From contig JAQTNC010000005.1 in NCBI GenBank assembly GCA_028714475.1, forward strand, positions 6,857-70,856: a DNA stretch of 64,000 nt. Reading direction: 5' to 3'. The position numbers and the translations under genes were made by a program. This document shows positions 8,161 to 16,423 of the stretch, piece by piece (position 1 is the stretch's first letter; every line of letters starts with the position of its first letter). Source of the DNA: Patescibacteria group bacterium (GTDB taxonomy: Bacteria > Patescibacteriota > Patescibacteriia > SG8-24). The notes under the pieces are model-generated. The model saw nothing but the letters and a program-made list of their open reading frames with translations. It was not told the DNA's origin and did not search any database.

Positions 8161-8189
8161 AATAGAATAAGGCCGATTCTTATTCTATT
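8161..8189 (+). promoter_or_regulatory. perfect palindrome AATAGAATAAG-N7-CTTATTCTATT immediately upstream of the fic start, a putative operator
   Basis: 11-bp perfect inverted-repeat arms read directly, abutting the Fic start codon. Confidence 0.5.
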
Positions 8190-8198
8190 TTGAGCGTT

Positions 8199-9299
8199 AT
8201 GGCCAAACAACCGTTTATTCCGCCAAAACTACCGCCGAAATTGGACTATGAACGTCTGGTTGGCGACATTTCCAAGGCTCAAGCGGCCGTGGCCCGTCTT
8301 GACGGCCTCTTGGCCAACCTGCCCAATCCGCGCCTTTTAGCCCGTTCCCTCATTACCAAAGAGGCCGTCTTGAGCTCTAAAATAGAAGGCACCCAAGCCA
8401 CCCTTGGCGAGGTTATGGAAATGGACGCCAAGAACAACGCAGCGGAAGACACGAATCTCGGCCGGGATTTTCGTGAGATCACAAATTATCGCCGCGCGCT
8501 GGAACGCGGGCTTGTCCTGCTGGAATCAAAGCCGATTTCCGAAAACGTCATCAAGGAATTGCATGGCATCCTTTTGCAGTCGGCCCGTGGTCAAGGGCGA
8601 GCGCCCGGAGAGTTTCGGCGCGCCCAAGTCTACATCGGGACGGCGGGCGCCTCGATTGAGGAGGCCAGCTATATTCCGCCTCCGCCACAGGAAATCCCAA
8701 AGCTTTTTTCTGACCTGGAAAAATACGTCAACGTCGGCGTCGAGCGCGACGAGTTGGTGCGGATCGCCGTGGCTCACTACCAGTTCGAGGCCATTCATCC
8801 TTTTCTTGACGGCAACGGCCGCATCGGGCGCCTGCTCATCGCGCTCATGCTCCACGAGAAAAAGCTCCTGTCGCATCCCTTCGTGTACTTGAGCGAATAC
8901 TTCGAGGCGAACCGCCAGGATTACTACGCCCTGCTGCGGTCCGTGAGCGAACGCGGAAATTGGGAGGAATGGATATCGTTCTTCCTGCGCGGACTCGAGA
9001 TGCAGGCGCGCAAGACGCAGGAGACGTCACGCCGAATCATCGCCCTGAATGAGGCGATGAAGGGGAAGGCGTTCACCGTCGATTCTAAGTATGCCCTGGA
9101 ATTCTTGGACGCCATGTTCGTTAACCCTTACTTCAGCTCGCGGACCATCGGGCGTTTGGTTAAGGTCAAGAACGCACAGACCCTGTTCAATCTGATTCAC
9201 AAGTATCTAGCTGTCGGCATCATTTCCGATACCACGCCCACGGCTAAGCGCAACAAGGTTTATCGTTTCGACGCCTTGGCGAAGCTGTTGGGGGAATGA
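8199..9299 (+). CDS. fic: Fic family protein (AMPylation/adenylyltransferase family)
   Basis: Canonical Fic motif HPFLDGNGRIGRLL (HPFx[DE]GNGR) and N-terminal Fic_N-like region. The track start is TTG at 8190; the ATG at 8199 (MAKQPFIP) is preferred. Confidence 0.85.
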   Translation: MAKQPFIPPKLPPKLDYERLVGDISKAQAAVARLDGLLANLPNPRLLARSLITKEAVLSSKIEGTQATLGEVMEMDAKNNAAEDTNLGRDFREITNYRRALERGLVLLESKPISENVIKELHGILLQSARGQGRAPGEFRRAQVYIGTAGASIEEASYIPPPPQEIPKLFSDLEKYVNVGVERDELVRIAVAHYQFEAIHPFLDGNGRIGRLLIALMLHEKKLLSHPFVYLSEYFEANRQDYYALLRSVSERGNWEEWISFFLRGLEMQARKTQETSRRIIALNEAMKGKAFTVDSKYALEFLDAMFVNPYFSSRTIGRLVKVKNAQTLFNLIHKYLAVGIISDTTPTAKRNKVYRFDALAKLLGE

Positions 9300-9303
9300 A
9301 TAC

Positions 9304-10029
9304 ATGGAATCGCCGCGAAAAATCCTGCTCATCGTTTTCTCCGAAGACGACGCCACCTCCCGGGTTGTTTTGGCTGGCCTCTTGGCATCAGCCCGATTGG
9401 CGCCGGAAAACCTGCGCATCGTGAACGCCTTCGCCGCGCCGATGGGGTTCGAGGTTTTGGATGACGTGGACGGTGTCATCATCGGCGGCTCTCGGGGGTC
9501 GGTTTTTGAGCCGCTTCCGAACCTGCTCGCGACCATGGGGGTCCTGCGCGAGGCGCGCCGCCGGCGGTTGCCCATGCTCGGCATCTGTTTCGGCCATCAG
9601 CTGCTCGCCGCATCTTTGGGCGGCAAGGTCGTCCGCGATAACGAACATGAGGAATTCGGAACGTTCGACATTGAGCTGAAACCGGCCGCCATCGAATCGC
9701 CGCTGTTCGCCGGGATGCCGAAGGTTTTTGCGGCCCAATGCGCCCATCATGACCGCGTGACATTGCTGCCACCCGGCGCAGCCGTGCTCGCGTCAAGCGA
9801 ACTCTGCCCGATTCATGCCTTCGTCCTGCCCGACGAGAACATTTACGGCGTGCAGTTTCATCCCGAATACTCCCAGGAAGGCCTGGATACGATTTTGAGC
9901 TTGGCGCCGGTTGAACTTGCCAGCCATTCCGGCGGGATCTCGGCGGCCCGCGAGCGCCTGCGTGAGACGCCGGACGCCGGCCGGGTGCTAACGAATTTTA
10001 TTGGAGTGGCGTCAGGGCTAGGGATGTGA
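9304..10029 (+). CDS. class I glutamine amidotransferase-like protein
   Basis: GATase1 nucleophile elbow LPMLGICFGHQLL and the conserved His in the VQFHPE region. 241 aa. Confidence 0.75.
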   Translation: MESPRKILLIVFSEDDATSRVVLAGLLASARLAPENLRIVNAFAAPMGFEVLDDVDGVIIGGSRGSVFEPLPNLLATMGVLREARRRRLPMLGICFGHQLLAASLGGKVVRDNEHEEFGTFDIELKPAAIESPLFAGMPKVFAAQCAHHDRVTLLPPGAAVLASSELCPIHAFVLPDENIYGVQFHPEYSQEGLDTILSLAPVELASHSGGISAARERLRETPDAGRVLTNFIGVASGLGM

Positions 10030-10123
10030 AGGTGGACGCACGGCGTTTTAAGCGTGTTCGGGGACGCAAAATCATGCTATAATCATTGTATAATCCAATG
10101 CCAAAGCTATTTTTTCCCGCGTT

Positions 10124-10996
10124 ATGTCAAAAACCAGCACCGTCAAAGTCCCGCCTCAATTTGAAGAGATATTCAAAAAAAGTGAAGAAATCGTCGGCCG
10201 CTACTTCAAGGAACGGGTGGATGATCCTACTTCCGCGAAAATCGATATTTCCGGCGACCGCTACATCCTGGTTCGGGCCGCCTCAATGTCGGTGGAGTTC
10301 TTCAAGATCATATCCGAACTGTACAGTGATCGGGGGCTCGAAGAGTCAAACGCCATCGCCGCCAGCCTTCTTTTCGATTTCGCCCACGCCATCGGCAAGG
10401 CCGACGCCGAAAGCTTCCGGAAGAAGATGAATCTGATTGACCCGGTGGAAAAACTGTCCGCCGGTCCGATTCACTTCGCCTATTCCGGCTGGGCGTTCGT
10501 CGACATCTCGGAGGAAAGCAATCCGTCCCCGGACGAGAACTTCCTGCTGATTTATGACCACGTGGCCAGTTTTGAATCGGATGCCTGGATTAAAGAAGGA
10601 ATCAAGGCCGACCATCCAGTCTGCATCATGAACAGCGGTTACTCCTCCGGCTGGTGCGAGGTCAGTTTCGGCATCCCGCTGGTGTCGGTCGAACTGACCT
10701 GCCGAGCCAAAGGCGACAAGAAATGCCATTTCGTCATGGCTCCTCCGGACATGGTTGTCGGGAGGATCGCCGCGCACGTCGGCGAAGAGGGCATTCCGCA
10801 CATCGGCGAGGTTGGGAAATACGAGATTCCCGGATTTTTCGACCGCAAGATTCAGGAAGACAAGCTCCGGCAGAAGAATGTTGAATTGAAACAGCTTAAC
10901 GAAATGATGATCGGCCGCGAGGTCAAGATGGCCGAGATGAAGAAGCGGGTTGCTGATTTGGAGGCCCAACTTAAGAAACTAAGCGCAAACAAATGA
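10124..10996 (+). CDS. V4R-domain protein (putative small-molecule/hydrocarbon-binding sensor module) with a C-terminal coiled coil
   Basis: Cys pattern typical of V4R (CIMNSGYSSGWCEVSFG...ELTCRAKGDKKCHF). C-terminal roughly 60 aa are heptad-rich. The stop overlaps the start of the downstream histidine kinase (ATGA). Confidence 0.5.
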   Translation: MSKTSTVKVPPQFEEIFKKSEEIVGRYFKERVDDPTSAKIDISGDRYILVRAASMSVEFFKIISELYSDRGLEESNAIAASLLFDFAHAIGKADAESFRKKMNLIDPVEKLSAGPIHFAYSGWAFVDISEESNPSPDENFLLIYDHVASFESDAWIKEGIKADHPVCIMNSGYSSGWCEVSFGIPLVSVELTCRAKGDKKCHFVMAPPDMVVGRIAAHVGEEGIPHIGEVGKYEIPGFFDRKIQEDKLRQKNVELKQLNEMMIGREVKMAEMKKRVADLEAQLKKLSANK

Positions 10997-12582
10997 CCGG
11001 CGCGACAGCGGAAATCATCAGGCTCGCCGTCCTGGCCGCCAGCTGGGCTGTGCTGGCGTTGGCCGTCGGGATTGTGGCGCGCGATTACCTGAAAAAACGC
11101 GCTGGCGGCGGGCGGGGCGTTCGGCTTGAACGGGCCGCCATCTGGTCGTTTTCGGGCCTCGTGTTGGCGTTGGTCCTGCTGGGGGCCGTCTGGACGGCCG
11201 TCGTCCTCGTCAGTCATCTCGGCCTCGGAGTCGTCCTGCCGGTGACCGTCGCCTGGACCTCCTCGGCCCTGTTCTCCTTGTCCTGTTTGAGCCTTTGGCA
11301 TGACCGCGCCCTCCGTCTTTTCAGCGCCGCGGAAAAGGAGCTCCACCTCCAGCACGCGGACGAGCAGATGTCGAAGCGTCAGTCGATCGAGTTCGCGGAA
11401 AACGTCAAAGAAATGGAGCGGCTGAAGATTGCCCTCCTGAACCTGACGGATGACTTGCGCAGCGAGAAACAAGCGGCCCTTGAATCCAAGTCGCGCCTCC
11501 AATCGGTTTTCCGCGGCATCTCCGACGGAGTCTTCGTCGTCGGCCTTGATGGGCAAATTTCCTTGGTCAACCCGGTCATGGCCGGCTGGATCGGGGTTCC
11601 CCCGGAGTCGCTGGTCGGCCGGCCGTGGACCGATATCGTTTCATTCAGCGACGACCATGGGGAGCCGAAAAACGAATTTGTCAGGCGGCTGATGGCCGAA
11701 AAAGTCTCCCAGCCGGACTTTCATCACGACCTGATCCTGAAGACGAAGAGCGCCGACATGCCGGTTTCCGCAGCCATCTCCCCGGTCAACATCGAGGACC
11801 AGCAGTTCGGCACCGTCGTCGTCCTGCGCGACTATACCCGGGAAAAGAAGCTCGACCAGGCCAAGACCGAGTTCGTTTCCATCGCCTCCCATCAGCTGAG
11901 GACGCCCCTCACGGCCATCAACTGGTACATGGAATCCCTGCTGGCCGGCGATTTCGGGGAGCTGAAGGGCGAGGAGCGCGAGGCGCTGAACTCCATCCTG
12001 CAGTCGAGCCGGCAGATGACCAATCTGATCAGCGCCCTGCTCAATGTCGCCCGCATCGACATCGGCTATTTGCGGATACTTTCGGAGCCGGCCTCGATCA
12101 AGGAAATCTGCGAGGAGGTCATTCGGGAATCAGCCGCTCGGGTCAAGGAAAAACGGTTGAAGGTGGACTTCAGCGCCGATGACCTGCCGAAGGTGCCGCT
12201 GGACCGCAATCTCATGAAGATCGTCGCGGAGAACCTGTTCACCAACGCCGTCCGGTACACGCCGCCCGACGGCAGGATATCCGTCGAGCTTAGGCACCAG
12301 GGGGACCAGGCAATCCTGAAAGTGACTGACACCGGCTACGGCGTTCCCGCGAAACAGAAGGAGAAGATTTTTGGCAAGCTCTTTCGGGCGGACAACGTCA
12401 CCTCCCTGGTGCCGGAGGGCACTGGTCTGGGGCTGTACATCACCAAATCGATCGTCAGCCAATTCGGCGGCGACATCGGCTTCGATTCGGAGGAAGGCAA
12501 GGGGTCGACTTTTTGGGTGTCCGTGCCGCTGTCCGGTGTTGCCTCCAAGGAGGGGCGCCAAACCCTGGTCAGTATGCCGTGA
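10993..12582 (+). CDS. sensor histidine kinase (membrane, PAS, HisKA, HATPase_c)
   Basis: N-terminal TM helices, a PAS-like region, an H-box SIASHQLRTPLTAI, an N-box/G-boxes, and the ending GTGLGLYITKSIVSQFGGDIGFDSEEGKGSTFWVSVP. Confidence 0.85.
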   Translation: MTGATAEIIRLAVLAASWAVLALAVGIVARDYLKKRAGGGRGVRLERAAIWSFSGLVLALVLLGAVWTAVVLVSHLGLGVVLPVTVAWTSSALFSLSCLSLWHDRALRLFSAAEKELHLQHADEQMSKRQSIEFAENVKEMERLKIALLNLTDDLRSEKQAALESKSRLQSVFRGISDGVFVVGLDGQISLVNPVMAGWIGVPPESLVGRPWTDIVSFSDDHGEPKNEFVRRLMAEKVSQPDFHHDLILKTKSADMPVSAAISPVNIEDQQFGTVVVLRDYTREKKLDQAKTEFVSIASHQLRTPLTAINWYMESLLAGDFGELKGEEREALNSILQSSRQMTNLISALLNVARIDIGYLRILSEPASIKEICEEVIRESAARVKEKRLKVDFSADDLPKVPLDRNLMKIVAENLFTNAVRYTPPDGRISVELRHQGDQAILKVTDTGYGVPAKQKEKIFGKLFRADNVTSLVPEGTGLGLYITKSIVSQFGGDIGFDSEEGKGSTFWVSVPLSGVASKEGRQTLVSMP

Positions 12583-12607
12583 TCGGGGTCAAATACAGCC
12601 GACAAGC

Positions 12608-14920
12608 ATGACCAAAATCCGACTTTTCCTGCGGAACAACTGGAAAATTTTGGGGCCAATCATCCTGTTGGCCGGCTGTTTTGGTTTAGCCTGTTTTTTC
12701 CGCGACCGGATTCCCTTTGTCAGCGCCGAAGTTGGCTGCGCCACCCCGTCCAACGGGACAGGGACCATGCCCATCCCCAACACCACTTTCCTGAAGTCGT
12801 ACCGCCTCTTGGTGTTCACCAAAATCAACGGCGCTTGGCCGACCAAGGACGGCGGCTACATCGTTTCCGGCACCACGGACCCGAACATCATGTTCCTCCC
12901 GCCGGACGGTTTCGTGGCCAAACTCGACAAGCAGGGCAGCATCCAGTGGATGAGATTCCTGAAAACGACCAACGCGGGCGGCGTCGGGAACCCCCGCGGC
13001 GACGAGGACGTGCAGTCGATCATCGAGCTGAAGAGCGGCGGCTACCTGATGGCTGCCAAGGTCTGGGGGTTCATCACGGCCAAGGAATGGAACGCGGATG
13101 ACGTGGAGCTGAACAAGGTTCTGCTCACCAAGCTGGACAAGAACGGCAACGCGATCTGGAGCAAGTCCTTCCCCGCGTTCGTGGAGGACGCGAGAAATTC
13201 CCTGCTGGAAACGGATGACAAGGGTTTCCTGTTTCACGCCAACATCGCCGAACTGGCGCCCAACGAAAGAGGGGAGGACAGCGACGTTTACCTCGATCAG
13301 CCCTACGCGTCGCTCAAGGTTTTCAAGTTCGACCAAAACGGCGACCTCCAATGGTCAAAGAAAATCAAGAATTTCATTTCCCGCAAGAACGATTCCTACT
13401 TCATGCCGACGCCGGACGGCGGTTACGCCCTCGCGGGCAACATCGCCGAGACGAATCCGGAAAAAGACCCGCCGTATAATTACGATACTTATCCGGGTCT
13501 GGCCAAGTTCGACCAGGATTTCAATTTCTCCTGGGCGAAAAGCCTCGAAAGCACGCCTTTGGACATGGCCGCGGCCATTCCCAAACCGGAAGGGGGCTAT
13601 GAGCTGGGTTGGAAGAAGGTGCGCCAAGGGGCCAGCGTCATCCACGGCCTGGTCCGGACGCAGGACAACGGTTATCTGGTCCTGGGAAATTTGTCCGCGG
13701 GCTTGTCCCTGATAACCAACAGCCAGGATTTGAAATCCGGTCTGCCGCAAACCTATTTGATCGGCTACAAGTTTGGCCCACAGGGAAATCTGGAGTGGGT
13801 CAAGAAGATTTCCATAGGTTATTACGAGTTCACCATGCCGATGACGGATTTTTCCGTTTCCTCGACGACAGACAACAAAGTGATGGTGGTCGGCCCCATC
13901 ACTTGGGCGGATGAGGATTACCGGGCAAAAGCCAAAGCCGTTAATGACCAACGTGAATGGTATGTCGAGAAATACGGAGACGCCGAAATGTTGAAGGATG
14001 AGAAGCAAAAAACCAAACAATCGCGCGAGGATTGGAAAAAGGTCCAGGCGGTCATTACGATCGCTCAAGACGCTTTTCGTCCCGGCGTTTTCATGATGAA
14101 AACGGATCAGGAAATGAATGTCAGTTGGGCAAAGACGATCAATCCGCAACGCGGAACCACCAACTACGTCATGAAAGCGACGGCGGACAGCGGGGCCATT
14201 GTCGCCGGCGAATACGAAACCAACGTGGTCCAATCGGTCATGTTCGGTTATCTCATTACCTATTACAAGGACGGTTTCCTGATGAAACTGGACGCCAGCG
14301 GCAACGTCAACAACAGCAAATGGATCACGGATTATAACGGCAAAATCATCACGGAGCTGATGACGCCCTATGCCCTTTCCAACGATTTGGTCGCGTCAGC
14401 CGAATCCTATCCGGTTGTTTTGACGAAACGAAAACCAGAATTCTCCCTTTACAGAAAGGCGAAAACCGTCACTTACGCCCCGTTCAAGAGCGCCAAGGAA
14501 ACCCTTTGTCCCGTGACGCCCGCGGTTGCCGCCTACGACACTCCGCTCCAGAATTCAACCAGCACCTCAACCGCGACCAGAACGTGGCCGCAGATCGATT
14601 ACGAGAGGAGTGTCCCGGTTGAACCGGTCAACGACAAGAGCCGGACCATCCACAACGAGTTGCTGCCGATCTTGAATCAGCTTTACAGCAACCAGGTCAA
14701 GCTGACGGACAACATGGGCGGGGCGATGTTGAGTTACGTCTTTGATCGCGTCGTCACCGCTGACGACCTGACGGCGGTGAAAACATACCTCGAAGGCCTT
14801 GGTTACAAGACACAGGACGAGGGGACTCGCCAATTGACGATGTATAAGCCGGGGTATTTCCTGGTCATGACTTTTTCCACGGGGAACCTCAACAAGGCGT
14901 TTTTGGACGTGACTTATTAA
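12608..14920 (+). CDS. secreted/membrane-anchored repeat protein (beta-propeller-like DGGY/SGGY repeats), hypothetical
   Basis: The ATG at 12608 gives an N-terminal anchor/signal ILGPIILLAGCFGLACFF. Recurrent motifs DGGYIVSGTTDPN, SGGYLMAAKVWG, DGGYALAGNIAE, EGGYELGWKK, DNGYLVLGNLS and DSGAIVAGEYE appear. The track ORF start at 12371 overlaps the kinase and is rejected. Confidence 0.5.
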   Translation: MTKIRLFLRNNWKILGPIILLAGCFGLACFFRDRIPFVSAEVGCATPSNGTGTMPIPNTTFLKSYRLLVFTKINGAWPTKDGGYIVSGTTDPNIMFLPPDGFVAKLDKQGSIQWMRFLKTTNAGGVGNPRGDEDVQSIIELKSGGYLMAAKVWGFITAKEWNADDVELNKVLLTKLDKNGNAIWSKSFPAFVEDARNSLLETDDKGFLFHANIAELAPNERGEDSDVYLDQPYASLKVFKFDQNGDLQWSKKIKNFISRKNDSYFMPTPDGGYALAGNIAETNPEKDPPYNYDTYPGLAKFDQDFNFSWAKSLESTPLDMAAAIPKPEGGYELGWKKVRQGASVIHGLVRTQDNGYLVLGNLSAGLSLITNSQDLKSGLPQTYLIGYKFGPQGNLEWVKKISIGYYEFTMPMTDFSVSSTTDNKVMVVGPITWADEDYRAKAKAVNDQREWYVEKYGDAEMLKDEKQKTKQSREDWKKVQAVITIAQDAFRPGVFMMKTDQEMNVSWAKTINPQRGTTNYVMKATADSGAIVAGEYETNVVQSVMFGYLITYYKDGFLMKLDASGNVNNSKWITDYNGKIITELMTPYALSNDLVASAESYPVVLTKRKPEFSLYRKAKTVTYAPFKSAKETLCPVTPAVAAYDTPLQNSTSTSTATRTWPQIDYERSVPVEPVNDKSRTIHNELLPILNQLYSNQVKLTDNMGGAMLSYVFDRVVTADDLTAVKTYLEGLGYKTQDEGTRQLTMYKPGYFLVMTFSTGNLNKAFLDVTY

Positions 14921-14990
14921 AGGGGACACAAGTCAGGCTGGGGTGCGGGCCGCATCACAAGGCTCGACTCCACGAATCTAATCCGTAACC

Positions 14991-15018
14991 AAAACCGCCC
15001 CGCAATACTGCGGGGCGG
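14991..15018 (-). terminator. terminator hairpin CCGCCCCGCAATACTGCGGGGCGG followed by UUUU on the minus strand (serves cspA; possibly bidirectional)
   Basis: Perfect stem with a run of A on the + strand immediately 5' (a T-run on the minus strand). It lies 16 bp past the cspA stop. Confidence 0.6.
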
Positions 15019-15033
15019 CCGTGGTTTTTGGCG

Positions 15034-15231
15034 TTAGGCGCGGCGAACGTTCGCGGCGCGCGGACCCTTCGGGGAATCCTCCATCTCAAAGGAGACCTTG
15101 TCTCCCGTGCGGAGTTCCGTGAAGGCGACGTCGACGAGGGACGAAGAGTGGAAGAACAGATCCTGTCCTTCTCCCTCCGGGGCGATGAAGCCAAAGCCCT
15201 TGTCGGTCAGACGCTTGATGGTACCGGTCAT
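15034..15231 (-). CDS. cspA: cold-shock protein (CspA family)
   Basis: 65-aa protein with MTGTIKRLTDKGFGFIAPEGEGQDLFFH: RNP1-like KGFGFI and the FFH motif. Confidence 0.9.
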   Translation of the reverse strand: MTGTIKRLTDKGFGFIAPEGEGQDLFFHSSSLVDVAFTELRTGDKVSFEMEDSPKGPRAANVRRA

Positions 15232-15353
15232 GGTATTTGTTGGTTAATGACGTGCAAACTTACATGGTTCCGGACCGACTACTTCCATCGCCAATTTTGC
15301 TTGTTGACTATAGCACACCTCCGCTTATTTGTCCATGCCTGCGGCAAGCCGGG

Positions 15354-15734
15354 TCACGGGCGGTCCTCACGGCTCCCGTCGGCCAGCCAGTTCAGCACCG
15401 AACCGACCAGGGAGACGACGAGGCTGAACAGGAGCGCCCACCAGAAGCCGGCCACGGCAAATCCGGGGATGAGCCAGTCCACGAGCATGACCATGAGGGC
15501 GTTTATGACGAAAAGGAACAGGCCGAGCGTGAGGATGGTCGCGGGCAGGGTCAGGACGATGACGATGGGCTTCACGACGACGTTGACGACGCCGAGCACG
15601 ACGGCGACGATGAGGGCGGTGAGCGGGCCGTCCACCATGATGCCGGGCAGGATGTAGGCGGCGACCAGCACGGCGATGGTGTTTAGGATGAGTTTGAGGA
15701 TGAGGCGCATAGGTTTGTTCAGGCTTTTGTTCAC
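15354..15734 (-). CDS. PF04020/DUF360-type 4-TM membrane protein (phage holin 4_2 family-like)
   Basis: 126-aa protein with four hydrophobic helices and the family-typical segments LPGIMVDGPLTALIVAVVLGVVNVVVKPIVIVLTLPATILTLGLFLFVINALM and LIPGFAVAGFWWALLFSLVVSLV. Confidence 0.65.
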   Translation of the reverse strand: MNKSLNKPMRLILKLILNTIAVLVAAYILPGIMVDGPLTALIVAVVLGVVNVVVKPIVIVLTLPATILTLGLFLFVINALMVMLVDWLIPGFAVAGFWWALLFSLVVSLVGSVLNWLADGSREDRP

Positions 15735-15782
15735 CTCCGCCGAATACCCCGGGCGTCAGCCCGGGATTCCTGACGCGTGAAT

Positions 15783-15809
15783 CCCCCGAAGCCCGGAGGG
15801 CGAAGGGGG
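15783..15809. repeat. 27-mer CCCCCGAAGCCCGGAGGGCGAAGGGGG, identical copy at 41172-41198, embedded in GC-rich REP-like intergenic elements
   Basis: Exact 27-nt identity read at both sites. Neighbouring hairpins CCCCGGGCGTCAGCCCGGG (about 15745) and CCCCGGGCGTGAGCCCGGGG (about 15850). Confidence 0.7.
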
Positions 15810-15938
15810 CATCGGGCTGCGGTGAATGAAATATGAAGGGGTCTTAGATACCCCGGGCGTGAGCCCGGGGAGTCTTCATTACACGGTTGATTTTATCACA
15901 AAACGCTCCGACTCGGCGGAGCGTTGCGCTGGGCATCC

Positions 15939-16319
15939 TCAATCCTGTAAGAGGCCGCGCCAGGCGTTTGACAGCCGGCGGCGCAGTCTGCGCCACGCTC
16001 GGCGAAGGCGGCTCGGCGGCGGAGCCGGCGTCCAGTCCCAGCCGACGCGCGGCCGGATGGCGGCGAGGAACTTCTCGAGGAGCGGCAGCCGGTCTTCCGG
16101 CTTGGCTTTCGGGTTCCACCAGGTGACTTCGCCGTGATCGTTGATGACGAAGGCGATGTCGAGATCAATGCCGCTGAACATCCAGAAGTGTTCTTTGCCG
16201 TCTTTGGCAGTGATGGACAATTCATCGTTGATTTTCACGACGGCCGGCCAAAGTTCGGGGCGCGGGGTCAGCACTCTCGTCGCTCGGTGCAAGGCGAGGG
16301 CGGCTTCTTCGAGTTTCAT
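15939..16319 (-). CDS. hypothetical protein
   Basis: 126-aa ORF (MKLEEAALALHRATRVLTPRPELWPAVVKINDELSITAKDGKEHFWMF...). The C-terminal part is Arg-rich. No recognisable domain. Confidence 0.3.
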   Translation of the reverse strand: MKLEEAALALHRATRVLTPRPELWPAVVKINDELSITAKDGKEHFWMFSGIDLDIAFVINDHGEVTWWNPKAKPEDRLPLLEKFLAAIRPRVGWDWTPAPPPSRLRRAWRRLRRRLSNAWRGLLQD

Positions 16320-16423
16320 GAAAGACCTCCGTCGTCAGTAAATCGCGGATGGGTTCTTGTGTCAATCGGGTTTTCGGAACCGGGTATTCCCGCGAACGCA
16401 CGGGCGTGGTTCAATATGGTCGT

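Noticed and set aside
12371-12607. Upstream extension of the 849-aa ORF overlapping the histidine kinase C-terminus
   Set aside because: The overlap would run 210 bp into a well-supported kinase gene. The ATG at 12608 gives a proper signal/anchor and sits just after the kinase stop.
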